64,000 nucleotides of DNA from Bugula neritina. Taxonomy: Eukaryota > Animalia > Bryozoa. The notes under the pieces were generated by a model. It searched no databases, was not told where the DNA came from, and was given only the letters and a program-made list of their open reading frames with translations. How positions within the stretch are numbered: position 1 is the first letter of the stretch; every line of letters starts with the position of its first letter. Shown piece by piece: positions 14,101 through 27,490 of the stretch. The stretch lies in contig OZ037771.1 of assembly GCA_964035545.1 (NCBI GenBank), forward strand, positions 9,169,408-9,233,407, written 5' to 3'. A program made the translations under genes and the position numbers.

Positions 14101-17100
14101 ACTGCAGCAGCAGTTATGCTAAGCTGGTATCTATCAGTCAACTTGTACTAAAAGGTTAGCACAGCTAACACACGCACACACGCACACAATATAAGCATGC
14201 ATAATATATAGTCATATATTTATAGTATAATATAGCTATGTCTCTGTGCAGATTTCTATTTAAGTCAGCATTGTTTGAAATAATTTCATTATACCAGTAG
14301 CATACTAAACTATAACTGTGGTGGACTGGCAAAAGGAGCTGTAGATTTCAACTGCTCTGTCTTTTTTATTGTATAGAGCTACTCAATGGACTGCTATTTT
14401 CGTCAGACATGGAATGATCCAAGGCTAAGGTATAGCGGCCCTAGCAAGGAGATAGCCGTACACATCGCCCTCCTAGAAAAGCTGTGGAAACCAGACACAT
14501 ATTTTCTAAATGGCAAAGACTCGTACGTACATATGATCACCACAGCCAATAAGCTGCTTCGTATCACTGCAGAGGGTACGATATTCTACTCAATGAGGTA
14601 AAGTTGGTGTGCATAGCGTATAGCCATATATATGCCATATACAGTCACAGCTGACTGAATCCAGTAAATAGCAACAGAGTTTTAAATTCTGTCACAAGTT
14701 TGTTTTTGTATTTAAAAAAGTTTAAAAATTTTGAAACTGACATTATTGGCATATTGTTGTAGATTCATGCATCATTTATTGTTCAGTAATTACTTCACAA
14801 ATAAAAATACTTTTCTGAAAACTTTGCAAAATTGCCAAGGGCTAATTACATATTGACAGTGATATCTGCTTAAATGGACTTTTTTCTGAACTTAAGGCAT
14901 CCTTGCATGTTATTTTTTGAAAAAAGTTAGCTGTAAGGGGGGGGATCAATTTTTTTATAGTGCACCCAAATGTTATAAAATATTGCCCACAATTTGACCT
15001 GAATGACATGTTTCCAGTTTTACATCACAAAGCAGTAACAACTGTCTCACTTAGAGTTTCTATGCCATCAAAGTAGTTATAAAGGGCTGATAATAACCTA
15101 AGCTACTTTTTGAAAAGTTACTTCACATTGTATTTCTATTACATTATACTGTAGACTGACTATAAAAGCTGACTGTCCAATGAATCTACAAGCATATCCA
15201 ATGGACACACAGCTTTGCCCACTTACTATCCTTAGTTGTAAGTTTTATATTACTCAGTTGTCATCTCTTGTATATTACTTGTCAGTGACTGTAACTATAT
15301 ATTACTACCTTGTCACATAATGATCTAATGCTTATCTAGTCTGTATTATTTACTGCTTATTTAGTGTATTCATTGTCCGTTGTGTAATTATCTGCTCATG
15401 AATGTAGCCTGAGCTCTAAGTATTGCAACATGCCTGTAACATTTCTAGTAGCTTTGTATATTATAAAGTGTTGAAGATACAATAGTCTCACATACCATGT
15501 TTCTGTGTAATATTATTACATTTGTATTATAATAATGCTTATAAAGGCAATAACATTTTAATACTAATTTTGACACAGATCATTATTTAAATCATTAGCA
15601 CACATTAACTTGGAGTTTCGGTGCTGGCTGAAACTGGTACACTTATAAGTTAGGAGTTAAAAAACATGCATTTTTTTCCTTCTCACTTGTATGAATTTGC
15701 GTGAGGCAAGTAAAAACTACATGATAATGAGTTAAGCTTCATAAAAGTTTTTATTATATGCTTTGTTTAGAGTGTGTAATAGTATCTTATTTATACAAAT
15801 TTATAACCTCTGCATAAGAAACAAATATTGAATAAGTAGTCGAACAGTTTTCCTGCAACGATAATAATTTTCCTTGATTCTAACAATAAATATTTTAACC
15901 CTGAAATGTTCAAGTCAAAGCTATATATCTGCCATTACGAAATTTTCAATAGTTTTTCTCTACTTTCTAACAAACTTTAAATAAAGTATAACTTGTCTTT
16001 ATTGCACGTATTTATACCACATTGCTTATTGCTTATTCTAGTTGCTTATAACACAATACCAATTGCTGATTGTAGTTGCTTTTACCACATTGCCAATTGC
16101 TGATTGTAGTTGCTCACAGTGCTAACTTTTTGGAGTACACATGGAAGTATGGCAATAACCAGTCTATTGTTGTAAATGAAGATGTAAAACTCTCTCAATT
16201 TGACATTGCCAGCTACTCTCACCAAAACGACTCTACAATGTTGAAAGACAGTAAGGTTTTATAACTTACAACTGATAAAATAGCAATAAATATCTGTAAT
16301 AGTAATTTTTTACTATACAACTACATTATAAATTAGAAGGCACTAAAGAGGAGACAATTACAGTTTTATTGCTCAAAGTGATTTTTAAATGACTCACTCA
16401 TGTTTGTGTATAGTTGAAATTTTCAATTATAACCTAACTTTATGGTTTTTTAAAGCTTTCTTTAGTTTGAAGCTGTGCTGCCAACATGACTCATCTAATC
16501 ATTTTAAAGCGGCACTAACAAAATTGATGCTCATTTTTAAGCCGCAGATTATCATTGAAGCTATTAGCCTAGCCCACTGTGGTCTCTACTCACTGGCATT
16601 TCTCTACTGGACTAATGCTGCTCTCTAATCTAATCTTGCGTAATTTTATGCTAATTATTGCCATTGCTTTTCAACTATATGGTACTCAATGAAATAAACT
16701 GAGATTACACCAATTGATTAAAAATAGTCTTTGCGTAATATGTGTACAAAAGGAGGAATTGGCCCATTAGGCCAAATGCTTGATACAAGGCTAATTCTCT
16801 GATTGGATGCCTGTCAGTATGTCGGCAAATTGTCCCCAAATCTCAGATATGTAATACAGGTTGTGCTTGTAAAGAATATTTGATGCAATACTAACATTTT
16901 AAAACCACTCGAGCAATAAAATGCTGAAGTTTAATAACTGTACATGGCTACATTAATACTATATTTGAATTTCAGGTCACTCGTTTAATGAGGGTATATA
17001 CGTTATTTATTATTACCATGATAACTAGTGTACTAAAGCTTTACCCTAGTGTGGCGTGAAATTAAAACCCATTACTAATATAACTTTAGTTATATATATT

Positions 17101-20100
17101 ATTTTATCGTTTATTTTCCTTTGTTATTAAAAGCTAAATTTCTAAAATCTTACGTAACTTTTTCAACCAGTTTATGATTTTTGCCTCTTTGTTCTTACTT
17201 TTTATGTTTTCATAAAACCAGTTGATTAGGTATAGAGAGCATTGTGCTCCTAGTATATACTAATTACAGTATGAATAATTATAATTCCTTACTATCACAT
17301 TGGAAAAGTTAAATCTCTAATAATGATTACTTTAGCATTAAATAAACATCCAGAGTGCATTTTTACATTTTATCAATTATCTAAAAAAAGTGAATAACCC
17401 TAACTATGTATCTCAGCTAAACGATTGATATAGTATACATATCAGTTAATAGAACTGCTATAGTGATATATTTTGTTAAACAAAGAACTTAATCATTTTT
17501 CAGTCAGTTCAGCAAGCATTCAATTGCTTTGCCCAGCTTCACTCAACTGTCTGTTGGGTGAAACCTGCGGCCTACAGAATAACAGGTTTTTACCAATGTT
17601 AAACTGGCTGTATTGTCAGCCTCTGTTAGTTAGCAAGGCAAGCTAGACGAGGTTGAAGTTAAAATAAAACTCTAGTGTTTTTGGTGCAGAAACTGATAAA
17701 ATTATAAAAATTATTTCTTTCACCTGTTTTGTCTAATTGTATTCAAATAGTTATTTGCTTCAAAGCAACAAGACTAAATTAAGTTCTGCTATATTAAGTA
17801 AGTTATACCATCTTGTGAGCAGCTTTCCCAGTTTATACATTTTTTTCATACATGCTTTACTCTTTCCTCTTTGAAAAATATTTGTGTGGTGACCATTGCT
17901 AGCTTCTAGCCTTTTTATCTTTCACTTTCTTTACTTAATTGCAGTTTTACAGGGTTAATTAGTTTTCCCAGTTGCGCTTTGCTCAATAAACTCTCCTGTT
18001 AAGCAGGCAAATAATTTCTTTGAAGGTCATTGGATGGGCTTAGATAATTATGGTCTAAAAATCTCACCTTCAAAGAAGAGGTGTTCTGCTGTCAATTAGA
18101 GTATATTATGATAACTAGCATCATATATCAATAGTACCAACTTTGAGTTTACTCAATTGATAACTGTTTTATGAGGACAAAAATCATTAATGTAACTTTA
18201 GTTCTGTGCTCATTAAAACATTTTTGCCATTTTATAAGATATAATTTATTCTTATTAAATCATTTTTCAGTATCAGACAATTTCATTTAAAATAATTTTG
18301 GAAATGATTTCTATGTTTTGGTTTTTGTGTTTGTAAAATATCTTTGTTTTAAATTTAATATAGCTCTTGTGAATCGATTGTAGTGAGCTTTTCATCTCTC
18401 CACGTTGTGTTCAAACTGCAAAGGCACATGGGATACTTCCTGCTGCAAGTCTACGTGCCAGCTATTCTACTCGTGGCAATGAGCTGGGTAACATTTTGGT
18501 TGAATCGTGAAGCAACGTCGGACAGAGTAGGGTTAGGTAGGATAAAGTACTTTTATATGATGCTGATAAAATATTGTGTTTAGATGCTTTACTACTTGAA
18601 AATTTAAAGTGTGTTTGAGCCATATATAGTAAACTACGTCTTCACTAGATATCTTATAGACTTATGCTCTCAAATGATTATAATATTTATTTGTGCCTAC
18701 AACGGCATGTCTGCAATGACCTCAAATGTGAATACTTGCAGGCGTAGAAAAGACCCATTATAGTAATATCATGCTCGGTCAATTGGTCAATCGTAAATTA
18801 CATTTGAGTTTTCTTCAGTTGATTTAAATGTTTTAATAGCAACCATTTCCTTGCAGCCAAAATGAGCTTAAATGAGAATAAACTTTGAAATGACCTTCGT
18901 TGTTGTTAGCAACAACTACACTAATTTAATTATTATTAATTATTTAATATTCATATAAAATAGTGAGCCTCTCATAAGATAAATTATTATCATTACAGAT
19001 ATATGGAACCTTTCTACTTAAAATGTTCATTGGTGTGTGTATTGCCATATAATATGTGCGCTGTGCGTGGTGTGTGTGTGTGTGTGTGTGTGCGTGTGTG
19101 TATATGCAAGCACATCAAGTTTTTCCTACACAAGTTAGAATGATTACATCATGCAGATCTGCATGATATCAATTGCTATTGTGCAGATAATTTCTATATA
19201 CATAACCAGTATATAACTATAAATTACATCCTAGAAATAGTGCTATAAGGTAACATTTACTCTTTTTGTTAAAAAATAAAACTACTCCAAAACCAAAGCC
19301 ACTGAAAAGAACCTTCTATTTTAAATGGAATTTAAACCAATTTATAATATATGAACTTGGGAGACCATAACTATTTGACTTTATTAAATTTATTAATTTT
19401 TGCTTTCCATAATTTAAAAAAATAGTTTGAAATATAACTAATAGTGTTACTACTTTCACATGCATATGTAAAATAAAATACAAAGCAAACTAGTGTAGCA
19501 GATTTTTTTATGTACTAATCTGAGACTTCAAAGAACATTATTTCAGGTATAACTGTGATCCTCACACTTACAACGATGTCTCGGGGTAATGATCAAGATT
19601 TACCACAAGTACCTTATGCAACAGCTTTAGAGCTCTATGTTCAGATGTGCTTTACATTCCTTATACTGTCAATGTTTGAGTTTGTTGGAGTCCACTACTT
19701 CACCAAACATGGGGGCGGAGACTACCATAACATTGGTGAGCTTCTGAGGAATGCAGTCTTGGTGTACTTTAGTCTCATATCGTATACTGAGTTGCACTTA
19801 GTAAGCCTAGGGCCACACTGTGCGTATTTTCGCATGCGAAAATTAAAATCACAAGTAGCAAAGGCGTCCACTGTAGCGTCAGTGATGCGTTATAAATAAA
19901 GCCTTCATTTTTAAATCGCACTGGCTTTCAATAAAACGCAATTTACTGGAATTTAGCACTAAAATGAAGAAATTGGGCTCGCTTAATAACTACCAGCCAA
20001 TTAAGTGACGACGACAGAGACGATTCGCACTTGCGTTGAAAATGCAGAGCGACAAGTGCGAATGTTTTCTCAACGCGCACAGTGGACACCTTTGCTACTT

Positions 20101-23100
20101 GTGATTTCAATTTTCGCATGTGAAAATACGCACCGTGTGGCCCTAGGCTTAGTCCTTTTTATAGCTAGACTGTGTTCTCTACCTACAGAAATATAATACT
20201 GCACAACTATTGACTATTAAATACCAGTGAGCTGCTAAGTCTATAGATTTTATATGTGCATCATTTTGTGTACTCTATAGGCCTTGTTGTGAGATAATAC
20301 TTTAAACTTTTGCAGTTGTAAAGACTCTGTCATTCATAGACTATATGGTCTATACCCTGTAGACTATTTTGTTACCAAATGGTGCTATAGTTTTTCATGT
20401 CCATAAATAGCTTTGCATATCAAACTATTGTTTATAGGTTGTGTCAAGTTAAAGGCTGTAACAGAAAACAAGTAAAATAACTTACTTTTCTCCAGCTTTG
20501 GGCAGTTCCCCCCTTATATGTATTTGCAGAGTCTGATAGTGAAGAAGATGACGAAAATGAGCCAACTGAAGAGGAAATAAAAAAGTGGAAAGCTGAAAGG
20601 AAACTAGAAAAAGCTCGAAGGGTAAGTTTATTTAAACTATCACTACATACTTCAACTCATTATACTATTAACTATACCAATAGTACTAGAAATAATAAAT
20701 ATAAATAAAAAATATTTAAATATTTGAAAAGATGATAATATAGCTATAGCTTAGTATATGTATCTCTACAGAATAGTTATTAGGCCCTCATTCTGTTTTA
20801 ATCAGCCTTTGTACCTTCAATTAATTGATGAAATTATTTCATGTTTAAAACTATGAGACTATTGACCAAAAGTCTTAAACTAAAGAAATTGAATTTCTCA
20901 ATTAATTCAAATAATTAGATAATAAAATGTTATTAGACTATTAAACCATTACAATACCATTATTAGGCCATTACAATAACACAGTAGAATATTTCTATTA
21001 ATGGATATTTTTTCTGGTAAAGATAGTTGCATACAGCCCACTTCTAGCAAATTCAACTTTAGTTACTTCAGTCGTAGAAAACAGCCAACTAACATTTAAA
21101 CATATTTCAAAAATAGAACTTGACAAACATAACTGCATGTGTACCTGCTTCTACACATAAAAAATAAACTTTAAAATTAGAAGGATTTTGCTAAACATCT
21201 CAACCTTGTGACAAGAAAATAATCAATAGGCAATTACTAAAGCCCATTTATTGTTCATCCAATGTTTGGCTCATGAATTCTTATTAAATGCTTTTTAATA
21301 AAGGGTTCAAATGTTTAACTTTTATGACAGCCTTTGTTTAAAGAAACACTTTTGGAACACCCTTTAATGCAGTACTTAATTGAACAAGTTTTTGATACAT
21401 AAGTTTACATTCAAAAGTTCTCAAAACTTCACCTCATTCTTTCACGCATATTTGTATTAATAATAAACTTGTGCGTTTACTTGCATGCACCATGGTTTCT
21501 TGCTCAAAGAAACTGAAAGTTCAAGCACTTGCTTAAGCCATTGTTATACATTAAAACTCATCAATGCAATATATTTTGAATATTATAATACAGAATAAAT
21601 TTATCAGGTAATGCCAACTTCTAGTTTTATATATAAACATAACCCCTTTCAGCTCATTTAATTAAGATATTTGGCACTTATATAAAAACAAAAGCCATTT
21701 GTGTAAGTTAGTCATCAAGTTTCATCCACAATAGGTTATTAGTATTTACAAAGGTTTTTACCGCACTAAACTAAAGCACAAAGAAGTATATCAATGTTTA
21801 GGACGAGAGGAAATCAAGTCCTAATAACTCATTTCATTGGTTGAGTCTCAACAGAACTCTACTTACAAAGTTTTAAGCTGAGCTGCACCTGAAGGACTAT
21901 AAATGTCTCAAGTATTAAAACATTTAATAGCTAATAGTGAAGCTCCACATTTCCCTGCCCGACAAGCCTACACCTCTCTCATCTCGTGCATGTATCCCCA
22001 ATATGCTTGCACTTTGTTAAATGTTAACTATGGTAATTATGTTGAACACACCTCTTGTAATACTCTTTTATAGTTTGAATTAGGTCTGCTACAGTGGTGC
22101 TTAGTTTTTACCCAAGTTCTCTAGTGTATAAGCAGGTGGTTGTAACTTGTAATACTAAATGTTTGCACCCTTAAATAGTTTATAGTATCTGCTATAAGTG
22201 CTAAGATGGTTGAAGGAAGTGAAATTTCAGTAGAGGTTGAGCAGTATCAACAGGTATGCCTAGCTGGTAGCATAGAAGTAGTTTAGAGATCTTGTAGTAA
22301 GGTCACTGAGTGACCGTGTTCAATTAACCTGGCTATGTTGTAATGAATTCAACTGAGTTGAACATTTATTAACCAGTATTCAGTAGCTACTAGCCTGTGT
22401 AGTAATCTTAGTTTAACAATTTGGAGAAGACCTACTGAGTCTGTATTGTAGCAATAGAGGGGTTTCAGACGTCCCTCCAGAGGAATTTGTATTTTAAAGT
22501 TGCCTCCCCCTACAGGGATTGGGGGCAGTCTCAATGATATATAGAAGGCCCATAAAATAAGTAGAGATATATGGTTTGAGTGAAGACTACTACTAGTATA
22601 AGTTTCATTTTTTCTGAGATTATTATTTTGGCATAGGTACACATATGAGCAGTTTCAGAATTTTTTTAAAAAAATTTGTTAATGATAAATGGCACAGAAA
22701 GAAAACTTCAAAGCATATTTGTGGTTTTAGTTATTGAGCAAATCTGAAGCTGGCAGCTGTCATTATTATTTGCTTTGCTGACTGTAACCAGTCTGGTTAG
22801 AGCTGCTAACCTTTCAACTCTTAGAACAATAATAACATGCTCGTACACTATATAGCTGCACTAGTGGGCTCTGTCTTACTGAACTCCAAATGCTCCAAAT
22901 TATGGGTTGGAACACATGCCTGTACGTTTATGAAGGCACTGGCTCATTTGTATTAACATGTTCACGTACTTACACACCTACACTATGAAAATAACTAAGC
23001 CACCCTACTATCTAATATTTCTATATATCAAAAAAATTATTATAAATATAAAGATATGTATTAAAATAGATAGATTAAATTTGTAATTTCAAACAACATC

Positions 23101-26100
23101 TTATCTAAAAATGCCAAACACTGTATAACTATATATATTTTTTAAAAGCATTTGTTTACATGGCATGCCTGCAAGTCAATGAAAATATTTAGAGAACAGT
23201 AAAAAGAAGCATATAAATTTCAGAATAGTTTCTTCTTTTCTGAGATGAATATTTTGGAAATGTCCCACCATTCAACATTTAAATTAAGTCTGTAAAAAAA
23301 ATTTCACAGTGTATTTTCAATAAATAACTATTCTTGCAAGCTGTTTGTATACCAACATTCCTAATAAAGAAATGTTTTTGGAGCATTGTAAATTGTATAC
23401 TGCTGCATTGCAGAAAAAAAATCATCAAAAAAAAGCGCTTTTCAGCCAAAGCAACTTATTTTGTTTTCAAAAAAAGTTGAAATGTACATTTAGTACCAGC
23501 TGTAAAGTATAGAAAGAACGAACTATGTCATAATGACTGCATTCTTATGACACTAATAAAATTAAGATTGGCTTTACTCCATACGGGTCTTGCTCAAAGG
23601 TGGAGTTCTAAATAATGCTACTAAGTTTCACTAAATTCCCAGATAATACTTTTTATATCAAATCATTTGGCTTTACTGATTTAGCTATATTATGTACATT
23701 TTGTACTTATTTATCTCTAGGTCAGATTTCAGCCATATATTTGACCGCATTGCTATACTTCCTTTGTGCCAGCATTCTCTCCTTTATATCTTTTCTGTGG
23801 TTTCTAATAATTTTCAGTGGTATGTCACTGTATGTAAACTATGTGAACCATCAGGCTATCTCTTATACAATGCATGCTGCTATAAGAATAACAGCAGCTG
23901 TTTTGTATTCAATCAACCTCGTTGCAAGAATTTTGTTTGCTTGAAGCTCTCTGTTGAGTAGCTGTCTCTCTATATTACATAACTGCTTATTCAAGAAAGT
24001 GCACGATGAGAACTGTCCAACTTTAGCTGTCTAACTTAAATTACATTATATAGGATTACATCACTACATAATAAGCTGATTAAACAACACATATAAATCG
24101 GCCAAAAACACTACACACTTGACTAGCTCTAGTTGGACTCATTTATATTTCGAGTTTTTTACATTACTTGAACATGCTTTAGCCAATTTGTTGCATTATT
24201 TTTCATCCATACATGTAATACAAAGATTTAGTATATTATTTTTTAGGTTTGGATTGTCTAATAGGCAGGTATTGCAGATATTTAATCAGACTGCGAAGTT
24301 GCTTAGAGAAGCTCTAAATCCAATGATAGTATTTTATCGACACAAGGAGGTTAATAAAACAATTCCACCTCAATGAACTTTGACCTAGTTAACTAGACCA
24401 CTGTAAAATGGCATGCCAGAACAAACACAAACCAGCTTGCAAGAATAATTATTCATTGAAAATACACTGTGAAAAATTCTTTTACAGACTTAATTTAAAT
24501 GTTGAATTGTGGGACATTTCCAAAATATTTATCTCAGAAAAGAAGAAACTATTCTGAAATTTATATGCTTCCTTTTACTGTTCTTTAAATATTTTCATTG
24601 ACTTGCAGGCATGTCATGTAAACAAATGCTTTTAAGAAATATATATAGTTATACAGTGTTTGGCATTTTTAGATAAGATGTTGTTTGAAATTACAAATTT
24701 AATCTATCTATTTTAATACATATCTTTATATTTATAATAATTTTTTTGATATATAGAAATATTAGATAGTAGGGTGGCTTAGTTATTTTCATAGTATAGG
24801 TGTGTAAGTACGTGAACATGTTAATACAAATGAGCCAGTGCCTTCATAAACGTACAGGCATGTGTTCCAACCCATAATTTGGAGCATTTGGAGTTCAGTA
24901 AGACAGAGCCCACTAGTGCAGCTATATAGTGTACGAGCATGTTATTATTGTTCTAAGAGTTGAAAGGTTAGCAGCTCTAACCAGACTGGTTACAGTCAGC
25001 AAAGCAAATAATAATGACAGCTGCCAGCTTCAGATTTGCTCAATAACCAAAACCACAAATATGCTTTGAAGTTTTCTTTTTGTGCCATTTATCATTAACA
25101 AAATTTTTTAAAAAATTTCTGAAACTGCTCATATGTGTACCTATGCCAAAATATTAATCTCAGAAAAAATGAAACTTATACTAGTAGTAGTCTTCACTCA
25201 AACCATATATCTCTACTTATTTTATGGGCCTTCTATATATCATTGAGACTGCCCCCAATCCCTGTAGGGGGAGGCAACTTTAAAATACAAATTCCTCTGG
25301 AGGGATGTCTGAAACCCCTCTATTATCTTCTATAATATTATATATATATAACGCCATGCTATTCATGTAAATAGGAAAACTACACTTAAATGATATTGCA
25401 GTTTAAATACTTATTATTTCTAAGCCTTTTTATATGCTGTTACATTTGTATTTTATCACAAATATTCAATAAGATCTAATTACACAACAATTTAATTTGT
25501 GCAAACTAACTTCTGTTCAACGAACATATTATAGACTTGGTTGTCATTAAAATTTACTAAAATCGGATTAAATATGCAGCTTTCAAAGAACTTTTAGTGC
25601 AACTCTACAGTTTTTTGTGCTTTAGAAAAGAATTTTACATCATGTTGTTTGAAAGAAACTGCTATCTTAACTCACTTTTGCTAAAACATGCTTGCTATCA
25701 CCCTAGCTCCTATAATTTTATTGTACATAATTATATCACACTATATTGCATTGTGTACGTGTTGTTATATAATATGACATTATTATTAAATAATTTATAA
25801 CTTGACTACATTATCTTTGATTATGATATATAATATTAAATACCTAATAATGCAATATATTACATTACATCGTACTAAGCATTATTAGATGCTACAAATA
25901 CTGATGCACTTAAATTACAGAAACGACTGAAGAAGTCCAAGTTGGCTCAAGGCATTAGTATCATCTCCACAGGGACAAAATACAAAGAGGAAACATTTTG
26001 GAATAAACTGTTGAGTTGTCTGAAAGGCAGTCACAAGTACAGAAACTCCATGAGACGTCGAGCAAGGAAAGCTGGTCACCTGGCCAATAGCGTTAGCAGA

Positions 26101-26193
26101 CTAGACAGCATATCGAGAGTTGTCTTTCCCTTGACTTTTCTAATTATTAATATTATATATTGGAGTGTTTATTATTTGAATGGTAGAAGGTAA
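8191..26193 (+). CDS. Cys-loop ligand-gated ion channel, GABA-A receptor alpha/GRD-like subunit (10 coding exons, ~487 aa)
   Basis: Exons with GT-AG ends and matching phases: 8191-8288 (signal peptide MLRLRYCRWRRRDPASLILYVLLFSSMLTHSVT), 10803-10942 (ILDSILHGYDARVRP), 11429-11502 (IRSMGPISEID), 14377-14597 (SMDCYFRQTWNDPRL..LWKPDTYFLNGK), 15155-15237 (Cys loop CPMNLQAYPMDTQLC), 16110-16250, 18384-18536 (TM1 RHMGYFLLQVYVP..REATSDRVGLG), 19547-19735 (TM2/TM3), 20530-20621, 25921-26193 (TM4 NSVSRLDSISRVVFP..YWSVY). Total 1464 nt. The REATxDRV motif is typical of invertebrate GRD/CG8916-type subunits. Confidence 0.93.
8877..9178. repeat. Compound (AGTAGC)n/(AGTACC)n repeat in receptor intron 1
   Basis: Direct; explains the poly-S/ST and poly-L ORFs. 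Confidence 0.95.
12391..12610 (-). mobile_element. tRNA-derived SINE, copy 1
   Basis: The minus strand begins AGGGAGCAGCTGTGGTTTAGGGG (A box)..GGTTTGAACCC (B box). 14-bp TSD caaatatgtaaatg (12377-12390 / 12611-12624). Homologous to the copies at 47.5 and 53.9 kb. Confidence 0.85.
19804..20149. mobile_element. MITE with ~70-bp TIRs (AGCCTAGGGCCACAC..GTGTGGCCCTAGGCT), TA-flanked
   Basis: Clear inverted termini in receptor intron 8. Confidence 0.8.
22457..25320. mobile_element. Non-autonomous DNA transposon/foldback element with ~890-bp terminal inverted repeats
   Basis: 22457-~23348 is a near-identical reverse complement of ~24427-25320; the ORF track shows twin ORFs 22349..22642(-) and 25135..25335(+). 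Ends are GAGGGG..CCCCTC flanked by TA, with a ~1.08-kb spacer. Confidence 0.85.
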
Positions 26194-27142
26194 TGCTTGC
26201 AGGACCATCTATTCAAGTATTATGGTAACATTATGCTATAGGCCTACTAGTATCTGAGTTTCCTTATCCTTATCTTATCAGCATAAAATACTATTTGAGA
26301 TGAAATGGCAAGATATTGAATTATCGGTGTGCAAACTCATAAGCTATATTTATTACATATTATGTAATAGTTTCATAATTACATGACTCTTGGTTCACAC
26401 AGTGAAACAGTTGTTGAGTATACTATTTCAAAATTATATATGTTAATTATATAAGGGCATGAGCTAAGTATTTCTCACTTAAGTGTGTACATATTCAGCA
26501 TTATGAAGGTTATACCTCAGCTGGCAGACTATTAGAATTACTCTTAATAATGTCAACAATTAACTCTCTATTACTTGTATGAAAACTATTGTACTATCAT
26601 AATGGTATGCAGGTATCTCACTTCTATCTGAATAATGTAAATACCTTTTATTTGATTACTATATAGCAATTATCATTGAAAACTTAAGCCAAGAGGCAAG
26701 TGCTATGTAAATAAGAGTAGACAATTCCAATACAAATATTTATTTTAAAATAATACTATTGTTTGATGCAAATTATATTTTTGCTATCTAGACTCTGTCA
26801 TTGCAGCATATAATGTAGATTTTTAATAATAAGAAATAAAGCGATTGATAGTGACATATGCATCACGTGAATCTCTCTTATCAACAGAATGCACTTCAAC
26901 TTATGATAAACATCTGCTATGGCAGCGCTTTGTGCCAAAAATTCTTTGGTTATTGCTTTCTTATTGAACTCTATGCATGTTTCTTGTAAATAATCTACAG
27001 CAGAAAGCGGTTTTTTCAACAGAAATTTAAACTAATAACTGTTTATAACGTATACTGCAAAACCAAGTTGAGTGAACAACAGTCAATAGATTTCATTACA
27101 TTCATGAATTGCAATACCATTAAACCTCCATAATTTTGCAAC

Positions 27143-27490
27143 GATGCATGTATATGCTGTATGTGTATGTAGGTATGCATGTGCTGTATGTGTATGTATG
27201 TATGTAGGTATGCATGTGCTGTATGTGTATGTATGTAGGTATGCATGTATATGCTGTATGTGTATGTATGTAGGTATGCATGTATATGCTGTATGTGTAT
27301 GTATGTAGGTATGCATGTATATGCTGTATGTGTATGTATGTAGGTATGCATGTGTATATGCTGTATGTGTATGTATGTAGGTATGCATGTGCTGTATGTG
27401 TATGTATGTAGGTATGCATGTATATGCTGTATGTGTATGTATGTATGCATGTATGTGCTGTATGTGTATGTATGTATGTATGCATGTATA
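27143..27490. repeat. Compound TATG-based minisatellite (~32-36 bp units)
   Basis: Direct; lies between the convergent receptor and TRPV 3' ends. Confidence 0.93.

Noticed and set aside
22349-25335. Two near-identical ORFs (MYLCQN..) on opposite strands as duplicated genes
   Set aside because: They are chance ORFs in the two arms of the inverted repeat.
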